Translations under genes and position numbers: made by a program
Notes under the pieces: generated by a model
Seen by the model: the letters and a program-made list of their open reading frames with translations, nothing else
Database searches by the model: none
Told to the model about the DNA's origin: nothing
Shown: piece after piece, positions 37,598 through 50,782 of the stretch
Numbering within the stretch: the first letter of the stretch is position 1
How the letters are laid out: the number at the start of each line of letters is the position of its first letter
Assembly: GCF_001194135.2 (NCBI RefSeq)
Contig: NC_068989.1
Coordinates: 29,101,987-29,165,986, forward strand
Reading direction: 5' to 3'
Source of the DNA: Octopus bimaculoides
Lineage: Eukaryota
Length of the DNA stretch: 64,000 nucleotides

Positions 37598-38174
37598 CTA
37601 GAACAAAATAAAATTAAAATTTTAAACTCATTAAATAAGACAGTCATTTAAATTAACAGAACAATTAAAGTCACACAAATAGCCAACTTAAGAAAATAAT
37701 TAAGCACTTAATAGTAATATGATGAACTTCCTAATTAAATGTTTCTTGAAAGAAGTTTAATTATAAGCTAACTCACATGGTTAAATTTTACATTCCATGA
37801 ATTATAGCCTGAAACATTAACCAAATTAAGCATTTATCATAATCTTGGCTTTGAAAATTTGAAATAACTAGTGAAATTACTGCAAATACAGCAATCCAGG
37901 AACCTTCATCTAAGAACCTTGTTTACAGCTAAAGCTGAATAGACTAGGACACTGTGAAATGATGTACCTTGCACAAGGACACAATGCACCACTCTGTTCA
38001 GGAATTAAACTGACAACCTTATGATGATGGTATGTCGACTAATATTCACAACCATATTATCAAGAAGAGGTGTAGCCTAGTAATTGCAACAACTAGGCCA
38101 CATACCTTCACAATGTTTATGCTGAGGATACAATAAATATATCATCATCAGTGTATCATTAATATGAATATTAA

Positions 38175-38400
38175 AGGGCAGCGAGCTAGCAGAATCTTTA
38201 GCACACCAGGCAAAATGCTTAACAGTATTTCGTCTGCTGTTACACTCTGAGTTCAAATTCCGCCAAGGTCAACTTTATCTTTCATCCTTTCGGGGTCGAT
38301 AAATTAAGTACCAGTTGCGTACTGGGGTCGATCTAATTGACAGCCCCCCCCACACTCCCCAAAATTTTTGGGCCTTGTGCCTAAAGTAGAAAAGAATACG
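38175..38400 (+). mobile_element. tRNA-derived SINE with central cctttcatcctttcggggtcgataaattaagtaccag domain
   Basis: A-box/B-box-like head (gagttcaaattcc). Related copies at 44783-45010, 45020-45120 and 49300-49490. Confidence 0.85.
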
Positions 38401-39591
38401 AATATTAACTTCATTGTCATAGAATAGAGCAAACTAAACTTTTCGTGAGCTAAACCTGTATATAACACTTATCATTCCTGGTATTAGATATTACACAGTG
38501 ACTGCTTCAGAAAGGCATGAATGTTATTTAATTGCATTATTTCTGTTTATAAATTTAGTATATCTATATAAAAATTCATCATCCCCATGCTTAACAAACA
38601 AAACAGTAACCAAAACCTACAGTTAAAGTATGTCATAATATGAAATGGTCATGTGAAATAAATATTCATGCACACACGTCACAAGTGTGCATATATACAC
38701 ATACATATATAAGTGTGTGAAGGTACATGGCCTAGTGTTGGACTCATGATTTTAAGGTTGTGGGTTCAATTCCTGGAACCAAGCAGCATATTGGATTTTT
38801 CAGCAAGAAACTTCATTTCATACTGCTCCAGTCTCCTCAGCTGAAAATGAGTATCAGCTTAGTACTGGTGATGCCTTCTCTCTTTTTAATGGCCACACTC
38901 TCAATGTACTGCTAGGTCAAGGGGTCAATGCCAGATCATGAGTATATGGACATCTAAAACAATTAGTGAAAGCATAACAAGTTTACCAGGTCATACTTTA
39001 TTTTTTTACACACATGTAATATAAAAAAATATATATATTGCTGGTAAGGACACCATATTTTGTTTACAGCAACAATATACTACCAAGTATAATAATACTT
39101 TGTAAGTCAACTATGTCTTGCTTTCTGTGTTAGCAGTGTGATTTAATCACTTTTTGAAGTTATCTCTACAGATTTTCTATAGAATTTAGAGCCAGTGCTA
39201 AAAGTTATGATGTTTCATATATGAATATATCTATATAAACAATGCCATCAAAGATAGAAAAATAGGTAATGGGTGCATATGAATAAGTCTTATTATTGGC
39301 TATTGAATAGGTCATCATCAACGTTTATGCATGCTTAAAATTTTCCCTGAGGATGGTGAACTTATGCTATGTTGTAGTTTATGAATGCATCAATAAAATT
39401 CTACTGAAACAGCTGTAGTAAATTTTAAACACCACTTGTTATTCTTTATATACATATATGTGGTGTGTGTATACACATGCATGTGTGTATTCGTGTGTGT
39501 ATTTATGCATGTATGTGTGTGTGTGTATACACACACATGTATATTTATGAATATATATGTATACACACACACACACACACACACACACATG

Positions 39592-40598
39592 AGGCTGATC
39601 AAGATATTCTCATGGAATGTGACCAAATAAGGTTTATTTTCCAACCTAGTCCCCCTTGCAGTCCACACACTTTTTCCATCAGTGTTGCAGTGCTTGGATC
39701 CCCATTGGTGAAGAAGCTTTCATCCTGTTGGCTACAAAAGGCATCAACAGCAGCTACATCATCACCATTGTGATACTTGTTCCGAGCCAGGTGTTTTTTC
39801 ATGTTGGGGAACAGATGATAGTCAGAAAACAAAGAACAGAGAATAGGGAGGGTGATCAACCAGTTCAAAGTCACAGTCACACACAACAGTTATTGAAACC
39901 AGGACTTGATGAAACAAAACTCTTTGGATTATCTTTTTGTCTCTGACTGAAAGTGATGAGCCCAACACTCATCATGGGTTAGGAACTGCTCAAGGAAGCC
40001 AGCTGGATCGGTCTCAAACATGATGTGGTCAGCCTAGTGTGCTTTTGATCAGGCATCCAAAAGAGATGGCACCCACCCCAGTAGAAACCTTCATCATGCC
40101 AAGTTCATTGTGTAGAATATTCTCAACAATCTCACAGGATATGCTAATAACATTGGCTATATGATTTATAATCAGTTGCCTCTCATCCATCATCATGTGG
40201 TGAACACGATCAATGTTTTCCTCAGTGGTGGCAGTTGTAGGACGTCCAGATGTTGAGTCATCTTCAGGACTCTCCCTTCCCCTCCTAAATTCAACTGTCC
40301 ACTTTTGCACTGTTGATAAAACTGGAGCACCACCTCCTAATGTAGAAACCACATCAGCATGAATGTCGCTGGGGGCTAAAGCTATTTTCTGCAGGTACTT
40401 CATAATACCAGGATGCCAAATTTTGTCAATTTGCAAGAGAAGTTGCTACTAGCTACTTTTGAAATAACTAGTAGCAATGAGTTTACCTGGAAAAAACAAT
40501 GCAGTTCTTATTGAGAACAGTTGAAATTAATGTAGGCAAGATTTTACAGCTCTAGCATCACTCGTTCAGAGTCAGCCTATGAACTTTTCAGCGCACAC
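39592..40598 (-). mobile_element. Mariner relic with N- and C-terminal transposase fragments
   Basis: STVQKWTVEFRRGRESPEDDSTSGRP...ILHNELGMMKVS and SDYHLFPNMKKHL; TIR ctgaaaagttcataggctga. Confidence 0.9.
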
Positions 40599-40794
40599 GC
40601 ACATGCATGTATGAATGTGTGTTTATATTTATAGGCACAAATGTGACTGAATGGCTAAGAAGCTTGATTCCCAACCATATAGTCATGGGATCGGTTTAAT
40701 TGCACACCACCTTGGGCAAGTGTCTTCTACTATTAGCCTTGACTGACCAAAGCTCTGGGAGTGGATTTAGTAAATGGAAACTGAAAGAGAACCA

Positions 40795-40843
<49 letters not shown>

Positions 40844-41144
40844 CGTATCCTTATATTTTCATCATGGGATGCTTATAAATAAGCACTGCCATCGTACAAG
40901 TGATGTTTGTGAAACATGAACAACAGGTCTGGCCATGGGAAGTGTTACCTTGCTTGGAAGCAAGTGAAGGTTGGCAACAGGAAGGACATCTGCCTCAACA
41001 AATTCTGTTTGAATTGTACAAACATGGGAAAGTGGGCATTAAATGAAGATGATGTATTCTGTTAGATGTTCCTGACCATGCCAAGACACTACCATTTATT
41101 TAAGTTCTATAAACTTGCATATTAGGTCTGTCTATGTAGTTAAG

Positions 41145-41187
<43 letters not shown>

Positions 41188-42657
41188 CGTGCATGCATGT
41201 GGGTAAATTTGTATTTCCTTTAAATTCAATGGTTGTAAACAATAGCTTCGTTGACAGTGTTGCTTGCTTCAAGTCAACCATGAAAGCATGTCAGTTTCTT
41301 GATGTGTTTTGAAATACTGCACAATCTTTGTAAACAAAATACTTATTCATACGGTGCTATTTGTTTCCAGACAAAACATGTCTGGGCTGTTTTTGTTCTG
41401 TAGGCTGGGAAATTATTACTTTTCTTGTAAACAAGTGGTGATTGATGTCAGGAAGGGTATTTGGTCATAGAAAACTGCCCAAAATAGACTCTCATTTGGT
41501 CAATGCAAGCAAGCAGGGCCATTTATAAAGGAGTATTCTTAATGTTACTCTTTTACTCTTCACAGTAATTCAATCAGGTTAGGTCACCCACTTCAGGGGT
41601 TTTTGTTATTTACATCAACTTCAGTATTTTATCTGGTACTCATTTAATCATCCTATTAAATAAGGGTAAAAGTAAATGAGGTAAAAAAAAAATACAGGGA
41701 TTGTTGGTCAATGCACTAAATTCATCCTCCATCCATATTGATGCATATGTGAGTACATCTGTGTGTAGTTGAGTATAGTCATACCCACCACTTTCACCAG
41801 GCTTCCCTACAGTTGTCATCTCTCAAATTTCACAAACAAGGTTTTGAACCCTGAATCACAATTGTGAAATAAATTTCTCAGCCACATAGACAATACCTAA
41901 CCTACAGGTTTGTACAACTATTGTCTATATACAAACATTACATACATATACACGTTCAACAGACTTCTTTCAGTTTCTGTCGACCAAATCCACTCCTGAG
42001 ACTTTTGTTGGCTCAGGGCTATAGTTGAAGACAATTGCTCAAGGTGCTACAGAGTGAGATTGAGCCTGAAGCTACATGGTTGAGAAGCAATTTTCTTAAC
42101 CACACAACCATGTATATTATTCAATAACAATTGTGACTATTTATTTGCATGAAAATAGAAAGATAAAATTTGAACTCTGAATTATAAAAATAGGGTTGAG
42201 AAGAGATAAAAGGTTCAACCAAGAGTAAAAGATAGTAATGGCTTACTTTTTAAAACAATTTACTACCTTTATTACAATGAACAAGAATAATTTAATATTT
42301 TATCCAACACAACTAGAGTACCCCCTCACATTTTTCTATGAATAAAACATTCAAATTCTCAGTATAACTATTTTGGTGTTAGTAAAATGCATGATGTCAA
42401 CAAAAATAATTGATTTTCACAAATCTCTCTGGCATACACTGGCTTTCGCAACTATCTCTCAATATCTAACATTTGTGCATTTACTTTTATACCATACCAT
42501 TATATCAGATAAAGAAGGATTATGGAAAATAAAATAGGTTAGTTTGAAAGGGTAAATAGTGGCATGATACGGCACTTAGATAACCAGATAACAACTTGAA
42601 TTAAGAATGACTTGGATTATGAGGTGGTATCAAATGATTGTGATCAACTGCTTGGTT

Positions 42658-43483
42658 TATGAGGTGGTATCAAAAGGTTCTCGAACTAGTTATGTTTAAT
42701 AAAAAATAACTTGTGTAAGTTTTAACACCATCTTCTTCAAAATTGTCACATTGCACAGCAATACACCGATCCCAAGTGTTCCTGCTGCTTTTGCAATCTG
42801 GCCTAGAAGTCGTTTTCTGTAAGCAAATTGAGGACCTTCTGCAATTTGCTTTTGATCTTGACAACAGTGTTAAAATGGCAACCTCTCAGTTGCATTTTCA
42901 TCTTCAGGAAAAGATGGAAGTCCGCAGGTATTAAATCTGACAAATAGGGCAGAGGGGATACAATATTGTGTTTGGCAAGAAACTTTCAAGTGAGGAGAGC
43001 TTGGTGACATGGTTCATTGTTATCATGAAGAATCCAATTCTTCACATTCCACAGATTTGGTCGCTTTCATTGAATGTCCCCCACTCAAATGCCTCAAAAT
43101 GTCGATAATTATCCTCCAATGATCCTCATGTACAAGATGATGAATTTTCTCCACATTTCTGGAGGTGACACATGTGGCAGGTCTTCCAGATCACTCATTG
43201 TCTTCCAGGAACATTATTCCACTTTTGAAGTGGCCATGCCACTTGAAACATTGTGTATAACCCATTGTCTCATCACCATAAGCTCAATGTCTCTAGAGCA
43301 GACTTCTCAAGTTTAATGCAAAATTACATGTGATCACAAAAACACAAATTTCACGATAGTGATGTCATTCAGCACACTGCCTCATGAAGGTTACAGTAAG
43401 CTCTCATTGCGGATGCAAAAATGTGCTGCCATCTGTTGGCATGCTAAAGAACTAGTCTGGGAACTTCTTGATACCACCTCATA
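42658..43483 (-). mobile_element. Internally deleted mariner with both TIRs
   Basis: tatgaggtggtatcaaaaggttctcgaactagtt ... aactagtctgggaacttcttgataccacctcata; TA ends. Confidence 0.9.
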
Positions 43484-43999
43484 TTGTAACAATGAGCTAA
43501 CTGCATAGAAACTACCTGAAGTAGCCTGTTTTGTAAAAGACCACCCTTGCTTCAGTAACTGGGATGGGGGTCTCAACAGTCTCATTTAACTTGCAAGAAA
43601 TAGCAGCTATATTTCTCCCAAACCCACATACATTGTCCATTATGTAAGGACAAACTAGACAATTTACTCCCAGATGAGGTGTCCAAAACAGATAAGACTA
43701 TAACAATTAGAATGTCTTTGATCATAGGTCTGTCAATCAGGGCCCACCTGGTGCTCTGTGTGGTCTGTACCATGATATGATCCAAGAAACACCCTAAATA
43801 TTTCCAACAATCATATGTCAAAGTATCCATTTCTAAATGTTTGCTTCTTACCTCAACCAAATACCACCTCAAGTCATCAGAACTTATTCAGACTATATAT
43901 GGCTGTCCTTATTGATACATGTGTCCTTATTGATATACAGTATGATCGCAGTTTTGAAGCTGAAGCATTTTTAAATAGTTTATACATACATACATATAT

Positions 44000-44332
44000 C
44001 GTGGCCGTTGCCAGTGCCACCTGGCTGGCCTTCGTGGGATTTTCGAGCGAGATTGTTGCCAGTGCCCCTGGACTGGCTCTTGTGCGGGTGGCACATAAAA
44101 TGCACCATTTTGAGCGTGTCCGTTGCCAGTACCGCCTGACTGGCCTTCGTGCGGGTGGCACGTAAAAGCACCCACTACACTCTAAGTGGTTGGCATTAGG
44201 AAGGGCATCCATCTGTAGAAACTCTGCCAAATCAGATTGGAGCCTGGTGTAGCCATCTGGTTTCACCAGTCCTCGGTCAAATCGTCCAACCCATGCTAGC
44301 ATGGAAAGCGGACGTTAAACGATGATGATGAT
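44000..44332 (+). mobile_element. RTE-type 3' tail repeat
   Basis: Tandem hairpin modules plus (GAT)n tail. Confidence 0.85.
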
Positions 44333-44782
44333 ATATCATTCAACCACTACCGTGGCTAAATATANNNNNNNNNNNNNNNNNNNNNNNNNNNNNNNNNNNN
44401 NNNNNNNNNNNNNNNNNNNNNNNNNNNNNNNNNNNNNNNNNNNNNNNNNNNNNNNNNNNNNNNNNNNNNNNNNNNNNNNNNNNNNNNNNNNNNNNNNNNN
44501 NNNNNNNNNNNNNNNNNNNNNNNNNNNNNNNNNNNNNNNNNNNNNNNNNNNNNNNNNNNNNNNNNNNNNNNNNNNNNNNNNNNNNNNNNNNNNNNNNNNN
44601 NNNNNNNNNNNNNNNNNNNNNNNNNNNNNNNNNNNNNNNNNNNNNNNNNNNNNNNNNNNNNNNNNNNNNNNNNNNNNNNNNNNNNNNNNNNNNNNNNNNN
44701 NNNNNNNNNNNNNNNNNNNNNNNNNNNNNNNNNNNNNNTAAGCAATAAGAATATATTGCTAAAATGAATGTTTACATTCTAA

Positions 44783-45120
44783 GGTGGCGAACTGCTAGAC
44801 ACGTTAGCACGCAGGGTGAAATGCTTAGCGGTATTTCGCCTGCCATTACGTTCTGAGTTTGAATTCCGCCAAGGTCAACTTTGCCTTACATCCTTTCGGG
44901 GTCGATAAATTAAGTACCAGTTATGCACTGAGGTCGATGTAATCGACTTAATCAGTTTGTCTGTCCTTGTTTGTCCCCTCTATGTTTAGCCCCTTGTGGG
45001 CAATAAAGAAATAAGAAAACGTTAGCGCGTCAGGCAAAATGCTTACCAGTATTTCGCCTGTGTTTACATTTTGAGTTCAAATTCTGCTGAGGTTGACTTT
45101 GCCTTTTATCAATTTCGGAT
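44783..45120 (+). mobile_element. Two tandem tRNA-derived SINE copies
   Basis: Same family as 38175; the second copy is truncated. Confidence 0.85.
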
Positions 45121-45359
45121 CTATTCAATTCGATGTACAGATTATTTAATTAATTTTTTAAAACTAAACACTTTGAAACTTCTGATACTGGTACAATATG
45201 TCACATACAACAAGGTTTACTCTTAACATTTTTGACAAAATTTTGTATTTTAGAAGTTATTTTGTCACAAGTTACAAAGTGACAATGGACAAATTCATGT
45301 TTGATAAGTGCCAATACACGAAACTCTCAGCTTTTGACTTACTCTCTAACTTCTGCCGA

Positions 45360-45404
<45 letters not shown>

Positions 45405-45665
45405 NNNNNNNNNNNNNNNNNNNNNNNNNNNNNNNNNNNNNNNNNNNNNNNNNNNNNNNNNNNNNNNNNNNNNNNNNNNNNNNNNNNNNNNNNNNNNNNN
45501 NNNNNNNNNNNNNNNNNNNNNNNNNNNNNNNNNNNNNNNNNNNNNNNNNNNNNNNNNNNNNNNNNNNNNNNNNNNNNNNNNNNNNNNNNNNNNNNNNNNN
45601 NNNNNNNNNNNNNNNNNNNNNNNNNNNNNNNNNNNNNNNNNNNNNNNNNNNNNNNNNNNNNNNNN

Positions 45666-45709
<44 letters not shown>

Positions 45710-46653
45710 CATATTATACTTATATGTGTAAAAAAAATCTCATCACGCAATCAAACTAATGAAAGAGCCTCTACCTCGTTGCTCCTTGACACGCTAAAAA
45801 TAACAGCCAATGTATCCCCCTACCTAAGTCACACACCCACTGTACGTAAAGTCCTACATTATCTCTAAAAAGATAGTTTGCTGAAAACTGGAATGTCTTT
45901 GATGATAGGTTTGCTGTATCAAGGTTGATTTGAGTCTAAATAACAACAACATTATGGTAAATTTCTATATTAATACCCGCACGATTTTCACTAAGAAAAA
46001 GAAGCAAAAAATTGGATTCATTCGGTGGAATCAAGTACCCTGACCTCCTAAAATGCTGCAAATCCCTTATTTTGCTTAGGAAAAAATGTGGGTGAGGCAA
46101 GGGGGTATCCCCTCACCCCAGGAATCATTGGAATTTTTTTCGTTGAATAAATTCCTGCAATCTCCTAATATGCAACAAAACCCTTTGTGGATGGGTAATA
46201 TCAAATAATTCAATCACAACATATATTTAAATTAAGCATGAAAAAAATTGAAATATTATCAAATTTAAATATTAGAAATTATTTTATTATAGCTTACAAA
46301 TAACACTATACTTATTTAAGTAGAATTTGGCTAATTTACTACCTTAAATACAGAGAAAAAGTGACTAATTAGACAAACTTACAAATTTGCTGAATAGTTT
46401 TGTACAATAAATTTAAAAGATAAGAACTGTAAAGAGCAATAAATTAGAAGAACTGGCATTCTTTGCTGCAATATTTTAAGTAAAATGTTTCTTATTCTTT
46501 ACTTTACTAGAAGTAATAGCTTGTCCTATACTTTTACAGGTAGAATAACATGTCCTGCACTTTTCCAGGTTTATAATCTTAAGAATATTACATTTCATGC
46601 TCGCATTTTTCCATGTAACATATATTATGTATAATATATATATATATATATAT

Positions 46654-47040
46654 CAGCTTGCGAAGACCTGTTGGGGCAAGCGAAAGCGAAATCGTGATGG
46701 CACTTGTGCCTAGCGTCACCTTCCTGGCACTTGTGCTGGTGGCACGTGTAAAGACATTCGAGCGAGATCGTTGTCAGTGCTGCCGGACTGGCTCCTGTGC
46801 AGGTGGCATGTAAAATACACCATTTTAAGCATGGCCGTTGCCAGTACCGCCTGACTGGCCTTCGTGCCGGTGGCACATAAAAGCACCTACTAAACTCTCG
46901 GAGTGGTTGGCATTAGGAAGGGCATCCAGCTGTAGAAACTCTGCTAAATCAGATTGGAGCCTGGTGTAGCCATCTAGTTCACCAGTCCTCAGTCAAATCG
47001 TCCAACTCATGCTAGCATGGCAAGCAGACATTAAACGATG
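46654..47040 (+). mobile_element. RTE-type 3' tail repeat
   Basis: Colinear with 23460-23850. Confidence 0.88.
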
Positions 47041-47255
47041 NNNNNNNNNNNNNNNNNNNNNNNNNNNNNNNNNNNNNNNNNNNNNNNNNNNNNNNNNNNN
47101 NNNNNNNNNNNNNNNNNNNNNNNNNNNNNNNNNNNNNNNNNNNNNNNNNNNNNNNNNNNNNNNNNNNNNNNNNNNNNNNNNNNNNNNNNNNNNNNNNNNN
47201 NNNNNNNNNNNNNNNNNNNNNNNNNNNNNNNNNNNNNNNNNNNNNNNNNNNNNNN

Positions 47256-47300
<45 letters not shown>

Positions 47301-47305
47301 ACATA

Positions 47306-47610
47306 CATCATCATCGTTTAACATCCATTTTCCATGGGTTGAATATTTCGACCGGGGTCTGGGAAGCCAGGAGGCTGCGCCAGGCTCCAGTCTGGTAGTG
47401 TTTCTACAGCTGGATGCCCTACCTAATGCTAACTACTCCGTGAGTGTAGTGCGTGCTTTTTATGTGCCACCGGCACAGGGGCCTGCAGAGGCTGGCAATG
47501 GTCATGATCGGTTGGTACTTTTTATGTGCCACCGGCATGGAAGCCAGTCAAGGCAGCACTGGCATCAGCCAAGTTCGGATGATGCTCTTTACGTGCCACC
47601 AGCACGAGTA
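47306..47610 (-). mobile_element. RTE-type 3' tail repeat variant
   Basis: (CAT)n tail followed by the reverse complement of the conserved tail. Confidence 0.8.
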
Positions 47611-47721
47611 TTATAACTACAATTTCTATTGATCTTTATTTTGATTGATACATACATGCATGCATGCATGCATGCATGCATGCATACATACATACATACA
47701 TACATACATACATAGACATAT

Positions 47722-48285
47722 ATATTAAGTCAAGTATGAAATTTGTAGAAAAGAACAAAGTTTACTAATGTTTTATAAATACAAAGAATAGTTTCATTCA
47801 TCAAAGTATGCACCCATGTTGTCAATACACTTTTGCCATTTCAGTGGTAGCTTGTCCAGCCTCAAACTGTAAAAGCCTGGCAATTTAGAGTCAATAAAAT
47901 CTTGGAAGGCCTGCTTTACAGCATCGTCAGAATTAAATTGTTTCCCTATCAAAAAGTTATCCAAATTCTGGAAGAAGTGGTTGTCAGTGACGGCAAGATC
48001 AAGTGAGTATGGTGGATGATGGAGAACTTCCAGCTCCAACTCCTGTAGCTTTGACTATGTCATTTTTGCCATGTGTGGTCTGGCGTTGTCTAGCAATAAA
48101 ATAGGAGTGGATCTGTTGACTAATCTAGGCTGTTTTTTTATAAGTTTCTGTATCATTTGGTCCAGTTGGCTGCAGTATACTTCGACCATGATTGATGAGG
48201 AAGGTTTAATGAAATCATAATGAATCACACCTGTGCCAAACCACGAAACACACACCCTCAGCTTCTTTTGATGAATTTTGCTTTT
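47722..48285 (-). mobile_element. Mariner catalytic-domain relic (Hsmar1-like)
   Basis: LLLDNARPH, HPPYSLDLAVTDNHFFQNLDNFL, WQKCIDNMGAYFDE*. Confidence 0.9.
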
Positions 48286-48384
48286 TGGACTTTGTTTTGA
48301 AATACAGGTACTACACATTTTTGCCAGCTGAGTGAACTGCAGGAACGTGAAATAAAGTGTCTTGCTCAAGAAGGTTTCAGCAGG

Positions 48385-48433
<49 letters not shown>

Positions 48434-48926
48434 NNNNNNNNNNNNNNNNNNNNNNNNNNNNNNNNNNNNNNNNNNNNNNNNNNNNNNNNNNNNNNNNNNN
48501 NNNNNNNNNNNNNNNNNNNNNNNNNNNNNNNNNTGAGGATCTTTAAATTGGCCAAAAGAGATCGGATGGTCATGTTGGAATGCAGGTGTATTGTGACTGA
48601 AGAAAAATAAGGAAGTGAATAATATGAAGGTCCCTGATGTATTTTATCGAAGTAATTTGATCACCCCTGCCTCCACACTTTTTTATTCACATATTTAGTT
48701 ATTATTTGAATCCCTTGACTTATAAGTCATTATTTTTAGTTGAAACAAAATAAAAGCTCTAATTTGCATTTTGAATCAGGAGTGGCCTTCAGCTAAACAA
48801 CAATGTGCAAAAACATAACCTCAGGCCTTGCCTTTCCAGGTATACTCCCTCCTTTGCCACCAAATTCTAACACGTGTATGTACAAGTAGGAATTCACAAA
48901 CATGTGCACGCACACGCGCGTGCGCA

Positions 48927-48963
<37 letters not shown>

Positions 48964-50717
48964 GTTGATCTACATACATTTGTATTTTCAAACATATAGT
49001 TAAAAATACAGGGAATTCTTTAAACCAAAAGAGATTTTAAGAACTAGCAATATAACCATCCCCAGCACACACAATAGAGTTGAGACATGAACTAGTGAGA
49101 GAGACAGACAGACAGGAGGAGGTAGAGGCTGACTGTCGCCTATAGATAGATACATCAATGATGACTCACTCAATACAATAACAAACATCAAACCACAGAA
49201 CTTTGATGAGTGGCTGAAGCTGTTGCTGGTGGCAAAGAAATGTTAGACATAATAATAATGACAACCATCATTGCCATCATCATTATCAACAACAAAAACG
49301 TGGTGAGCAGAATCGTAAGCATGCTGGATGAAAAGGTTAAGGGCATTTTGTCTTTACATTCTGTGTTCATATTCTGCAGAGGTTGACTTCGCCTGTCATC
49401 CTTTCAAGGTTGAAAGAAGTACCAGCCGAGTACTAGGGTTGATGTAATTGACTAAACCCCATCTAAAAATATTGGCTTTGGGTCAAAATTAGGAAGAAGT
49501 GTTATTATTCAATAAGAAATAAATATCTACATACATGCATTTATAACGATTAGCAGCTTATTGAGTAATTTAAAATTAACCATCAAAACATCAGCAATGA
49601 AATCAATGATAAATGAACATGCTGTTATTTGCTTTATTGAAATGGAGGACTTCACTGAAGGCTTCCACCGACTTATTTAGTACAAACAATATTGAATTAC
49701 AAGTTATCATTAGGGCTTGTTTTGACACCAAGACAATGTTTTTCATATTCTGAATTTTGGACAGTACAACATGCATTCATTTTTAACACAAAACTGCACA
49801 ACATATAACTTTTTAAACTCCAGTCTGTATACTGCTTAAAAAAAAAAAACTCAAGACAGTGTTCCAAATATCCTTTTTAATTTGAAACAGGACCCCACAC
49901 ATGAATTCAGGACAGATGCAAAACATGATATAAATCAATGTAAAGTTTGCCAAAATTGTTCACATCATGGTTGGACAATTTTCAAGTCTAATACAATGAT
50001 AAACACAAAAAACAAAAATTACATAAATAATTTAAAATCAAAAAGCTGGAAGGAAGATGCACCTGCATGTGCATAAATATATGCATGGACACAAACATGT
50101 GCATGCAGACTAGAATTTTAAAATAAGCAACATATCTAACCTGTGACTGGTAGGAATACAAGATACTTTGTCTTGTACAATTCCATATTGGCAAGAGTTA
50201 CACAATATTTATACTCCATCAAAACATTATCCATTTTCTTATGTACATGTTGCATAGAGACAGTTTGTTTGGGAAAAGTATGTTGATTTGTGTGTGTGTG
50301 TGTGTGTGTGCACACAAAGAAAAACTAAACTGTAGATCGTGAGTTGACAACAGTACAATAAAAATTAACAACTACAAAAACACAAGGGAATGATGAAAGT
50401 ACTATTGTAGTGATAGTACCAATGAGAAGAAAACTGTTTACACAGAGATGACAGAAGAATCAATCATATTAAAAGGAGCCAGTGGATCCAGAAGGCAATT
50501 ATTCTTTGATCAGACTGTATTTTCAACCAGAAATAACAACAAAGGTGTTTTTGTTAATGGACTGCAACAAAGTAGCTTTGCTTCCAAATATATTATTAGA
50601 GAGAAAAGTGTGGGGCAATTTACAATCAGCTTGTTATCATTGTCAGTTTATAGAAAGAGAAGGAACAGCGGCATCAAATGTAGGGGCAGTAGCAGCAGCA
50701 ATGGTAGTGGCAACGAT

Positions 50718-50718
50718 T

Positions 50719-50767
<49 letters not shown>

Positions 50768-50782
50768 CAGCAGCAGCAGCAA
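50718..50782. repeat. (AGT)n(AGC)n microsatellite
   Basis: Directly visible; source of the spurious poly-S/V/L ORFs. Confidence 0.95.

Noticed and set aside
38725-38790. tRNA-like sequences
   Set aside because: These are decayed SINE heads, not complete cloverleaves.
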